In this document: positions 52,994 to 64,000 of the stretch, piece after piece
How the letters are laid out: each line of letters begins with the position of its first letter
How positions within the stretch are numbered: the first letter of the stretch is position 1
DNA from: Alphaproteobacteria bacterium
GTDB taxonomy: Bacteria > Pseudomonadota > Alphaproteobacteria > JAAXGF01
DNA: 64,000 nt
Reading direction: 5' to 3'
Assembly: GCA_963555825.3 (NCBI GenBank)
Contig: CAUVXB020000001.1
Span: forward strand, 1,728,001-1,792,000
Program-made: the position numbers and the translations under genes
The notes under the pieces: model-generated
Databases searched by the model: none
What the model was told of the DNA's origin: nothing
Seen by the model: the letters and a program-made list of their open reading frames with translations, nothing else

Positions 52994-53019
52994 AACTGGA
53001 AACGCACACTCAATCGCTG

Positions 53020-54630
53020 ATCGCTCGATGGCGCGACGCGGCAACCCCTACGACAACGCCAGGATGGAGAGCTTCATGAAGACGCTGAAGGTCGAGGGGG
53101 GCTATCCCATGGCCTTCGAGAGCGAGGAAGACGTCGCGCGCCATCTGATGTTCTGAGGTGGTCCCAGAAAATCGGACAGGGAGCTAAGGTGTATTCCACC
53201 GGATAACGGAGGAATACGAGATGACGAATCGACGCCGGTTTACGGCGGAATTCAAGGCCCGGGTGGCGCTGGAAGCGCTGCGGGGCGACAAGACGATCCA
53301 GCAGATCGCGGCCAAGCACAAGGTGCATCCGAACCAGGTGAGCGCCTGGAAGCGCCAGGCGGTGGACGGTCTGGGCGAAGTGTTTTCGAACGGCGCCAAC
53401 CGCGCTTGCCGGGATCATGAATCCGAGGTCCGCGACCTTCACGCCAAGATCGGCGAGCTGACGGTGGAACGGGATTTTTTAGCCAGAGGGCTCAAGCGAT
53501 GAGCCGGGGGGAGCGCAAGGCGATGATCACACGCGACGCCCCCGAGCTGAGCTTGAGCCGTCAATGCCGCCTGCTTTCGATCGGCCGGTCCTCGTTCTAT
53601 TATGCGCCCAGGGGGGAGAGCCCTTCGAGTCTGGCGCTGATGCGTCGGATCGACGAGTTGTTCATGAAGTACCCGTTCTACGGCAGCCGCCAGATGGTCC
53701 GCCAGTTGCGGCGGGACGGCGTTTGCGTCGGCCGTCACCGGGTTCGCAGGTTGATGCGATTGATAGGCCTGGAGGCGATCTATCAGGCGCCGAGAACCAG
53801 CGTGCCGCATCCCATGCACCGGATTTATCCTTATCTTCTCAAAGGGATGGCTATCGACCAGCCCAATCGGGTCTGGTGCGCCGACATCACCTATATCCCC
53901 GTCCAGCGTGGCTTTCTGTACCTGGTAGCGATCATGGACTGGGCGACGCGCCACGTTTTATCCTGGCGGCTGTCGAACACCATGGACGCTGGATTCTGCG
54001 CCGAGGCCTTGGGCGACGCGCTGGCCCGCTACGGCCAGCCGGAGATATTCAATACGGATCAGGGCAGCCAGTTCACCAGCCTCGACTTCACCGGCGTGCT
54101 CAAGAACGCGAGCATCCGCATCTCCATGGACGGTCGGGGCCGCTGCATGGACAACATCTTCATCGAGCGCCTGTGGCGGTCTCTCAAGTATGAGGCGGTC
54201 TACCTACACGAGCTCACCGACGGCTTCCACGCCGAACGGGTCATCGGCGAGTGGATCGGCTTCTACAACACCGAGCGGCCCCATTCGTCCCTCGACGGTC
54301 AAACGCCGGCCGAGGCCTACGGGGCCGGTCAACCTGTGGATATGATGGACAAGGCTCGCGCCTTGCCCACATCCCCACAGGCTCAACAACAGCAACAGGA
54401 TGTGATAAAAAGGATTTTGGCAGCATGATCAAACAACGGAATACACCTTAACCGCGCTGCCAAACTGTCCAACAAAGTGGGACCACCTCAGTTCTTCATC
54501 GACAGCTACAACGAGAGGCGCCTACACTCGGTCCTCGGCTACCTTAGCCCCAACCGCTTTGAGGAGGAACAGCCCCGCAAGCCGGTTAAATCGGCCGCCT
54601 GAATCTGTCGGCCCCAAGGGGCCAACTCCA
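53020..54630 (+). pseudogene. IS3-family orfB 3' remnant that was the target of IS3 copy 2
   Basis: GNPYDNARMESFMKTLKVE | YNERRLHSVLGYLSP. Confidence 0.75.
53154..54490 (+). mobile_element. IS3-family element, copy 2
   Basis: Near-identical to 27956-29292; 4-bp TSD GTTC. Confidence 0.95.
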
Positions 54631-54662
54631 GATAGGGGGTCAATATTGAAAGCCGATTGACA
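54631..54662. mobile_element. Orphan IS21-type terminus
   Basis: Reverse complement reads TGTCAATCGGCTTTCAATATTGACCCCCTATC. Confidence 0.5.
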
Positions 54663-54744
54663 ACTTGGGGTCTCGCAAGATGGCTAAACGGCTTTCGCCG
54701 CCGCATTCCTCACTGGGAGTGGGAGCTGAAGAAAGTTACTTAAG

Positions 54745-56386
54745 CCGACATTCCCCATATACCATCCAAATTCGTGGAAATCGTACCACTTTCCCACCGC
54801 CAAGGGAACTGTATCCCCTATGCAGCCATCCGATGGCATGATTTTGGTAATCGGCCCGCGCTTGGAAGGCCACTCGGTCATTTTTCTCGCCATCCAGACA
54901 CACCTCTCCTGTCGCTTTCTCCTCGCCGTCGATTCCCTCGGCCTACGCCGGAGCGGGTCTTCGTCGCAGATCATCAATCAAGCTCAGGATTTTCCGGAAC
55001 AGGTCCCTCGGCACCGCCACCTCAGCCAATTGGAACGTAACGTAGCGGCCATGTCGGACAACCTTGGCCCCGATCTTCACCAGCTTGTCGCGCAACGTCG
55101 TCATCGACCAGTGCTCCACCTCCTTCGGCAAAGCCAGTGTCCTCATGAAGTTGCCCAGATTGTAGGCCAGGGCGTGAAGCTGGAGCCGAACGGCATTGTT
55201 GCGGAACTTGCGACATGACAGACGGGTCCAGTTGATGGCGTTCTTGCCTTCCTTGATGTGCTGCTCCGCCGTGCCACGGTGATTATAGAACGCCACCACC
55301 CGCTTGGTAGGGCGCGACAGATTAGTGACGATGAAACCGACGCGAGGAACCAGCTCGCCGGGGTGCCACTCCACTTTGGCCACGACACGGCGCTTCTTGT
55401 TCCACGATCCGGCCTGATAGCTGAAGCTGGCGTGGAAACGGCGAACATGGTCGGGCGGGCGACCGACAGGTCGCGTAAGCAGATGGGCAATGTTCCGCTG
55501 GAGAATCGCGTTCGCTTTGAGGCGGATGACGTAGAGTAATCCCTCGGCTTCGAGATATTCGTATATCTCCGGTGAGGCGAAGGCGGCATCGCCACGAAAA
55601 TACAGCCGCACCTTCCTTTCCTTATAGCGCATCACCACCGGCTCCAGAACATTCCGCCATCCGTCGGCACTGTGAACATTACCGGGGCGCAGGGAACATC
55701 TCTCCAAGTCGCCGAACTGGTTGAACAGGAATAGCGGATGCTAGCAGGTACAGCCGAAGTGACCATTGTACGCTGTTCCCTCTTGTTCGCCATGGGTCGG
55801 GCTGACGCTGCTGTCCATGTCGAGAATGATCATCTTCGGCGGATGGCGGTCATGAACCTTGTCGATCCACACCCCGTTCATGTCGACCAAGGCTTCAACG
55901 TTCTCGTCGGTGGCCAATAGCTCCGTCTCGAAGCGTCCCATCTGGCTGGTGGAAGCGGCCTGTCTTTCGATGGCCTTGCCGCCAACAATCCAGCGCATGG
56001 CGGGATCGCGTCCCAGACGGTCGGCGTCGTTCACATCGTCATAGCCGCCAAGGCGCCCGAAAACGGACTGGCGAAACTGACCCGTCATGCCGTGCCATCC
56101 GTTCTTGCCGGTACGGCTATCCTGGAAAACACCCTCGGCCATCTCAGTCAGGCCGAGGGCATCGTCAAGCTCCCGGTAGGCGAGCAACCCGGCATCAGAG
56201 GTGATCTTGGAACCGTGGAATTCAAGCTTCAATCGACGGTCAAAAACGACCCGAAGGCACCCCGGTTTCGATTCACCCATCGGGTGTGCCATATCCGCCG
56301 CTCCATGTATGCTACAACTTCATGATTCTTATAGCAGAATCGCCTTCTCGCCGCACTGAATATCGACGATACTTGGGAAATGCGGG
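54745..56386 (-). mobile_element. IS1380-family element, copy 2 (same internal TAG)
   Basis: Near-identical to 29320-30961. Confidence 0.92.
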
Positions 56387-56390
56387 GTAA

Positions 56391-57418
56391 GGCTTATGCC
56401 TGAGCGTCCGGGACCACGAAATGTGGTGATGTGGGGCGAGGTTAGTGATAGAACATAATATGAACATCACCAGATCGGGATGCCCAGAAATGTCCGACTC
56501 CCCCCATTCCCTGTTGGAGTTCCAACAGCGTTTTCCAGACGAGGATGCCTGCGCCGCCTATCTAACCGCCTTGCGCTGGCCGGCAGGCTTCGTCTGTCCG
56601 GCCTGTGGCGGCAGCCGGGGAAGGGCGCTTGCGACCAAGGCCCACACCCATGAATGCGCCGACTGTCGCAAGCAGACCTCGGTGACGGCCGGCACGGTGA
56701 TGCACGGCTCCAAGCTGGCGCTGACCGCGTGGTTCTGGACCGCCTATCTAATGGCCATGCACTCCATCGGGATCTCGGCGCCGCAACTCCAGAAGCAGCT
56801 CGGCCTGGGCTCTTACAAGACCGCATGGTTGCTCGCCACCAAGCTGCGCCGCGCCTTGGTCGCACCGGGGCGCATGCCGCTGGCGGGCCTGGTCGAGGTG
56901 GACGAAAGCCTGATCTCTTGCCGCTCCAAGGACGACCCGCCGAGCGGTGGCGGCAGGCGTACCCGCCAAGGCAAACTATTGGTCGCCGACGCTGTCGAGG
57001 TTGGCGAGGGTGGGGCCGGCCGGATCCGCCTGGCGCAACTCGAAGACTTCTCCGCCGACGGCCTGCACGCATTCCTGGGCGCCAACCTCGCCACCGGCGT
57101 CACCGCCAGGACCGACGGCTGGGTCGGCTACCCCGCTACGTCCGGCCCCACACACGATCCGCACGTCGTCGAAAACATGGCCTTCCATATCGTCCTGCCT
57201 GGCATCATCGCGTCTTCGCCGACTTCAAGATCTGGGCGCTGGGCGTTTACCACGGCCTCCGACGCCAACACCTGCAATCCTACCTCGACGAGTTCGTCTT
57301 CTGCTTCACCCGGCGCCGGTCCCGCCACGCCGCCTTCCGCTCCATCCTCGGCATCGGCGTCGCAATCGAGCCAGCAACCTACAAAATGTTGATCGCACCG
57401 GAGCTAATGGGATAAGCC
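56391..57418 (+). mobile_element. IS1595-family element with a frameshifted transposase
   Basis: GGCTTAT...ATAAGCC ends; CPACG/CADC zinc ribbon, VEVDES; HLQSYLDEF lies in another frame. Confidence 0.85.
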
Positions 57419-57420
57419 TT

Positions 57421-58597
57421 ATACCAGTGAGCGCCTGAATTGACTCTCGGGATATTCATTGATGGCGGATGATGGCGGATTGTGATTCTATGGTCTCCCA
57501 CCAGATGTGGGGGATGTCATGGGATCAGCACTCAAGATACGGGATGATTTGACGCCTTTGGAGCTTCGGCGCTGGGCTCGCGTGGAATCGTACGGTCGAG
57601 CGGCGGCGCGGGCCTATGGGATCGCGAATGCTTTGGAGGAGATGCCCCGGGCTGATGCCGCGCGGCTTGCGGGGATGGATCGCCAAACGCTTCGCGACGC
57701 GGTTGTTCGTTACAATGCAAAGGGATTGGAGGGGCTTCACGACCGTCCAAAGGGCTACTCGCCGCGGCGGCTGACGGCAGACGAGGAAGCGGCGCTGGCG
57801 GCGGTCATCATCGCCGGGCCGGAGCCTGAGCGCGACGGGGTTTGCGCCTGGACCCGGGCCGATCTGTGCCGCTGGCTGGAGGAGCGCTTCGCCAAGACCT
57901 ACCACCCCTCGAGCATGACCCGGGTTCTACGGCGGATGGGATTTTCCCGCCAGAAGGCGCGCCCGAGCCACCCGCGAAGGGACGCCGAAGCGCAGGAGCG
58001 CTTCAAAAAAGGGGGCTTCGCGACATCCTGAAGGCGACCGCCGCGGCGCATCCCGACAAGCGCCTACAGCTGTGGTTTCAGGATGAAGCGCGCGTCGGCA
58101 ACAAGGGCCGGGTGTGTCACCGGTGGTGGCGCAGGGGCGAGCGTGCCCCCGGGACGCGTCAAATCGGCTACCAGTGGGCCTACATCTTCTCCGCCGTGCG
58201 CCCGGACACCGGCGACGACGTCACCCTGGTGATGCCGAGCGTCAACGCCAAGGTCATGGACCTGTTTCTCGCACACTTCGCCGATACCCTGGACCAGGAT
58301 GCGCACGCCGTCATGATGTGCGACGGCGCCGGTTGGCACGACGAGCGCGCCCTCACCGTCCCCGACAACGTCACCTTGGCGCTGTTGCCGCCTTACAGTC
58401 CCGAACTCAACCCCGTCGAGCGGGTTTGGCTCTACCTACGCGAACGCTTCCTATCGCTCCGCGTCCTCGACGACACCGAGGCCATCATCGACGCCTGTTG
58501 CCAAGCATGGATCGACCTCATCGCAGAACCGGATCGTATGCGAACCCTCTGCGCCTATCCATGGATCATGAAGGCGATTTCATAGGCTCACTGGTAT
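57421..58597 (+). mobile_element. IS630-family element, copy 2
   Basis: Near-identical to 46201-47377. Confidence 0.93.
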
Positions 58598-58655
58598 TAG
58601 ACACTCAATCAACGGCCTGTTAACGAGTAAAGATAGAGAGGGAAATCTGAGTGAA

Positions 58656-59162
58656 ATGAAGTTTTTGTCTTACATCGTCATAGCACTGTGCAGTTCAGCA
58701 TTTACAGCATTTATACTATATGGTGGGCATTTTGTTGGTCCATCTAAGTCGTTGACCTCGCCCAGCTTTGATATCACTTATTCTGATTTTGTTTCATTCT
58801 TGTTAACGGTCTTGGCCGTCATCCTCACTGCGCTCGCCCTTGTCATCGGTCTGATAGCATTTCGGACTTTTGGTGAGATCAAGCTGGAGGCTAGGCGCAT
58901 AGCAGAGGAGCACTCAAAGTCCGAAGTAGAGCTATCCCTCGCGACCGTCCCAGATAGGGTTAAGAAGGCCGTCGAGCAGGTAGTCAGTGAGCGCCTTCCC
59001 GATGCGATTGACGAGGCCGTCGAGAACGCAGGAAAGGCTGGACGTCTTGACCATGCTCTGCAGAAAGCAATCATGCAGATTTCTAGTGGTGGCGGAGCCA
59101 CAAATACGGAACTACAGCCAGACTTCGAAACTCAAACAAGAAAGGAGGAAAATGATGCCTAG
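58656..59162 (+). CDS. Hypothetical 2-TM membrane protein
   Basis: Two hydrophobic helices followed by a helical tail; overlaps the next gene. Confidence 0.7.
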   Translation: MKFLSYIVIALCSSAFTAFILYGGHFVGPSKSLTSPSFDITYSDFVSFLLTVLAVILTALALVIGLIAFRTFGEIKLEARRIAEEHSKSEVELSLATVPDRVKKAVEQVVSERLPDAIDEAVENAGKAGRLDHALQKAIMQISSGGGATNTELQPDFETQTRKEENDA

Positions 59163-59661
59163 CAGCAATAGTTTCCACCGAATCGATGATGAACACAAAC
59201 AAATCGTCGAGAAGTATATTTCTGTCAGGCCCGTACCACTTGGTGCGATTGCAAGAGATCTTGGACTCAATGTTAAAATCTCTGCACTTGAACGTGGTCA
59301 GTCGGGTCTCATCGAGTACCGTGATGGGGCATACACGATAAAGATTAACAGACACGAGACACGGGAGCGTCAGAGGTTTACACTTGCGCACGAAATCGCT
59401 CACTTTCTTCTTCACCACGACATTATCGCCACAACCGGGCAAATTGCGGACAATGTCCTCTACCGGTCCGGCCAGTCTGAGCAAATAGAATACGAGGCCA
59501 ATCGGCTTGCAGCCGATCTGATCATGCCGAATGATCTCCTATTCTCTGATCTGTCAGAAATGGGAGTTCCCGTCACAGATGAGGTAATTGAGCGTCTCGC
59601 GCAGGAATGGCAGGTATCAAAAGCAGCGATGGAGATCAGGCTGTCATCATATGCAGCCTGA
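59152..59661 (+). CDS. ImmA/IrrE-family metallopeptidase
   Basis: RQRFTLAHEIAH, EYEANRLAADLIMP; AAGGAGG RBS. Confidence 0.9.
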   Translation: MMPSSNSFHRIDDEHKQIVEKYISVRPVPLGAIARDLGLNVKISALERGQSGLIEYRDGAYTIKINRHETRERQRFTLAHEIAHFLLHHDIIATTGQIADNVLYRSGQSEQIEYEANRLAADLIMPNDLLFSDLSEMGVPVTDEVIERLAQEWQVSKAAMEIRLSSYAA

Positions 59662-59676
59662 ATCATAGGTAATCAC

Positions 59677-62187
59677 ATGCCACCTAGCAACGGCACATAC
59701 ATCCCTACGTTGGCTGTTCGACCCAGTGAAATGAACGGTATGGAGTTCCTCCCGGGGATATCAAAGGACAGAATGGTCCCAGTGTTCCTGCTTGCGCCGT
59801 GGGCAAACTCCCGCTCACTGGAGAAGACAATTGAACGCATCGAAAGGGCGTTCCCACGACGTAGGTATTTCCTGGATTTTGACCGTGACTATCTCCCGAC
59901 AGACCTCGATAACGCAGCTCAGGCAGAGTGGCTTGAACTACGTGATTCATCCAATGGGTTTGGTGCGTGGCGAGACTTCTGGGTTAAGTACTCGATGGTG
60001 ATGCCCTGCTTGCAGCTCGACGGGCAAAGTCAAGATATATTACGGGACCAAATAGAACACATCCAGGTCCAGGACAGAGAGTTTTGCCTACGTCTTGAAT
60101 TGAAGAGGATGCCGGGAAACCTCCGATCTACCGTCGAAACACTGGTCGATGTTGGGACTTCAGACGGGTGTGGGTCTGGTATGGAAAATCTAAGTCATTG
60201 ATTTAGTGCGTTTTTTGTATCGAGACGAACGGCCGAAATCGGCTATTCGTGACAATGGGCCGCTCCAAGGCAGGATTTTGTCACGACGGCAGGGTCGAGC
60301 AGGGGAAGGTGGGAACGCTCCGCACCGCCAGAAGCGGTACGATGCCGTGTCTCGAAACCCAACATCGGGAGCATTCCCATGGCAGTATCCCCGCCTCCGG
60401 CGCCTTCGTCCATCGATCTTTCCGGCCTGCCTCCTCGGGTCGTCGAGGCGGCCGCCCGGGTGCTCGCACTGTGTCGCGAGGAGCTTCGTTCCGAGCCGCG
60501 CCCCGAGGCGCCCGAGGAGGTCGAGTTGCGGGTGCGTGAGGCCACGAACGAGTTCGCTCGCGATGTCATGGGCGCCGTCATCGAGAACCGGGACGATGGC
60601 GCTTCCCGGATCGAGCGGGACGGGCAGAGCTGGTTCCGGGTCGCGGTGACGCCGAAGACGATCATGACCTCGCTCGGTCCGGTGACCTACCGGCGAGCGC
60701 GTTACCGCAGCGGCGCGAGCGGGGCATCGCCGGTGCCGGTCGACGAGAGCCTGGGCCTCGTCGACGATTACCTGACGCGGCCGGCGGCCGAGCTCGGTCT
60801 GCTGATGATGGGTCACTGCACGGCCCGGGAAGCGGCGGCGTTCTTTGCGAAGACCGGCGCCATGACGCCGTCGGTGAGCACCCTGCAGCGCCTGACCCTG
60901 AGCATGCACGAATGCTGGGAGAGCCTCGGCCCGGAGACGCTGGGCAGCATCCGTGAGGCCGAGGGCATACCGCAGGACGCGACCACCGCCTCGGTCTCCC
61001 TCGACGGCGTCATGGTGCCGCTGAGACCCGGCGAGGACGGTCGCGCCAAGGCCTCCTGGCGCGAGGCTGCCTGCGGCACGGTCTCCTTCCACGACGCCGA
61101 GGGCAAGCGCCTGAAGACCCTCTATCTCGGCCGCATGCCGGAGAGCGGCAAGCTCACGCTGAAGGCGCAGCTTGCAAGCGAAGTCGCACACATCAGGCGA
61201 GCACGCCCCGAGATCGGGATCGTCGCTATCGCCGATGGCGCCGCCGACAACTGGACCTTCCTGGAGACCCTGTCGCCCGAAACCGAGGTGATCGACTTCT
61301 GGCATGCTTGCGAACATCTGCAAACCGCGTCCGACCATGCCGTGGCGCCCGGCTGGTTCGAGAAGTACCGCGAGATCCTCCGTCACGATCCCCGTGGCGT
61401 CGCCAAGGTGATCCGGGCGCTGCGCCACCTTCGCGATGCCGCCGCTGCGCCGGACCGGGCCGAGACCGAGCGGGAACTCGCCTTCTTCCGCAAGCATCGC
61501 CATCGCATGCGCTACCACGCCCTGAAGGAAGAGGGCATCGCCATCGGCTCAGGCGTGGTCGAAGCTGCCAACAAGACCCTGGTGACACAGCGCATGAAGC
61601 GCTCCGGCATGCGCTGGCGGATCGTCGGCGGACAGGCTGTTCTGACCTTCCGCGCCCTGATCAAATCCGGCCGCTTCGAGCGGGCATGGAAGGCCCTGAT
61701 CAGCGCAACCGACACACCGGCCAACGACAACATCAGTCCACGTGCAGCAGCCATGGCAATCGCTGCCTGAACTCAACGAACCAAGCCGCAGACATCACTG
61801 CCATGCGAGACTCGCACCCCTTCAGACTTCACAGTTGTGATTGAGGGAGGGTGGATCAGTGATCCTCTGACGGTGTTTGCCCAAGTTCATGGACTAATAA
61901 CGGGTGTCCTCGCAATTCTGGATGGTCGTATCCCCATCGCTGTGTCTTGCACGTCGATGTTAAGGGGTTTCTCCGACATAGAAGGCCTCGTGGTGTCTAG
62001 TTTCTCCAACCATGAATTGCTAGATCAGCTGAGACGGAACTCAAACAGGGACACTCTGCTCTATGGGGACTGGGGGAGTACAAAGCCCAGAGACGATGGT
62101 TTTGGACGTAGACCATTCCCCAGGATCGATTACGCCACTGATAGGTCATGGCACTTCGCAAGGAACAAAGAACAGAGCTATAGCTGA
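59677..62187 (+). pseudogene. Beta-family (T4 beta-like) protein interrupted by ISKra4
   Basis: YIPTL..RPSEM N-terminus; YGDWGS and PRIDY C-terminal motifs; halves rejoin across the TSD. Confidence 0.7.
60166..61819 (+). mobile_element. ISKra4-family element, copy 2
   Basis: 8-bp TSD CTTCAGAC; identical transposase at 60379-61770. Confidence 0.92.
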
Positions 62188-62192
62188 ATCTT

Positions 62193-63993
62193 GACGGGGC
62201 GGTAAAAAGTCGATTCCTCATGAGAGTCGGCTGGGTTATAATTGTGCATGTTTACTTTACGCGACCGACGGACCGGAGAATTGTTTGATCGCTGGTCCGA
62301 TTTCGGGGACAAACGTCGGCGCCTGATGGAGCAATCCTGGGCCGGGGTTTTTCGGAACCATCTGCTTGTCGAACTTCCGGTTGACGATCTTTGCCGTCAC
62401 CTTGATGAACGCATGGGCCGACCATCGAAGGATCTACACGTTGTCATCGGGGTCTTGCTTTTGCAGCAGCTGCACGATCTGAGCGATGCAGAGACCGTCG
62501 AGGCCCTGGCCTTCAATATGGCGTGGCACTATGCCTTGGACGTGCGCAGCGAAGCGGACAGCTATTTCTGTGAGAAAACCCTGCGCAACTATCGCCGTCT
62601 GTTTATCGAACAAGGTCTCGATGAATTGCTGTTCCGGTGTTTGACGGATCGGCTGGTGCAGGGGTTCTCTGTCGATACCAGCCACCAACGCATGGATTCG
62701 ACGGCCCTTCGTTCGGCAATGCGGGCGCTGACACGACTTGGTATCGTTGTTGAGAGCATCTCGAAGTTTGCCCGTGAGCTTGAGCGATATCATCCCGGTC
62801 TGCACGAGCAGATCAGCAAGGAGGTGATCCGCCGCTATGTCGATCGCGAGGGTAATGGCGCGTTCGCGAATACGGCGCCGAGTGTTTCAAAACGGCGCCT
62901 CGGCGAAGCGGGTCAGTATCTCCTAGCCCTGGTGCTGCAATTCCGTGACACGGCGGCGGCAAAGCTTTCCAGTTTTGCGATCCTGGAGAGGGTTCTGCGC
63001 GATCAGTTCGAGATCGTTGATGATGAGTATGGCGATCGTGACGCAACGCGCGCCGCGATTCGAGATCCAAAGGATGTGCCGTGCGATACCGTCGGCAATC
63101 CGGCCGACCCGGACGCGAGCTACAACGCGCACAAGGGTCAAGGATACATGGCGCAGATCGTCGAAACCTATTGTGAAGATGTCAGTAACGAGGCGGTTGC
63201 CGCGACACCGGACCTCATCACCCACGTGGAGGTCCACAAGATGACGGTGCATGACGGCCATCGCTTAGCCGATGCGCTGGATGATCTGAGCGAGCGCGCG
63301 CTGACGCCGGCGGTGATGCTGGGTGATTCACATTACGGTTCCAGTGACAACATGGCTCTGACGCGCGAACAGAACATCAATCTCGTGGCGCCCGCACGAC
63401 CGCCGAAAGGCGCCGTCTCGGGACGGTTGACGTTGGAGGATTTCACTCTCAACGAAGAAGGCTTGGTCTTGCGCTGTCCCAATAACGTCGAACCGGTTTC
63501 AGCCTCGCTCGCCAAAGCCAAGCTGCAGGCCCGTTTCGACCTCTCCATCTGCCAAAAATGTCCCGATATACTGCGATGTCCCGTGCAGGCGGCCAAGCGT
63601 GACGGCCAATTTTCCCGCTTTCAATATACCCCGGCCAGGGCTGCCAACCAAAAGCGCCGGCTTTATGAACAAAGCGATGCCTTCCGCGACGTCTACAGAT
63701 GGCGGGCCGGCATAGAAGCGACCATGTCGCGATTAAAGTACCAGATGAACCTGGCTCACCTACGCATTCGCGGCATGCCGGCCATGCGCTACGTGGTCAA
63801 TCTGCGTGCCCTCGGCCTCAATATCCGACGCTGCGCGGCAATCGCACCATAAAAAACGAAGCCAAGGAGAAGCCAAGGGTAGGTAATATCAGGTTTTATC
63901 CACCAGCAACGCGGAGACAGGCAAATATTCTTCACCGAACCGCAAAGACCTGTACAAGCACGCCATCGGCCAACAACTTTTTACCGCCCCGTC
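62193..63993 (+). mobile_element. IS1182-like element (transposase 62242-63852)
   Basis: TIRs GACGGGGCGGTAAAAAGT, TSD GAATCTT; GRPS, MDST, DPDA, DSHYGS, YRWRAGIEATMSRLK. Confidence 0.85.
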
Positions 63994-64000
63994 GAATCTT

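Overview
High-GC bacterial DNA, probably alphaproteobacterial. About half the window (manual tally ~33 kb) is insertion sequences of at least 11 families (IS21, IS66, IS6, IS3, IS1380, IS256, ISKra4, IS630, IS1595, IS1182, plus IS110 and IS4 fragments). Many are near-identical pairs and many break genes. Between them are: remnants of a tRNA-Met-targeted integrative element (att fragment, tyrosine integrase, RelE/HigA TA pair); a 10.8-kb cargo bracketed by IS6 copies (betaine/TMAO-type ABC transporter, DeoR, livG/F, arsR with two VOC genes and a dehalogenase); an HTH-recQ-topB operon; and several broken defence-like genes (ABC/AAA ATPase, WYL regulator, ImmA plus beta protein). The standout is 6009-6801 (-): a solitary 194-aa RAMP/Cas7-like gene followed directly by a ~205-bp non-coding tract of 26 GGY triplets at mostly 5-nt spacing (GGY-NN), with no CRISPR array or other cas genes. 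It is a candidate minimal RNA-guided system (VIPR-like) and is cut at its distal end by an IS66. All calls come from reading the sequence and motifs by eye; no database searches were run.
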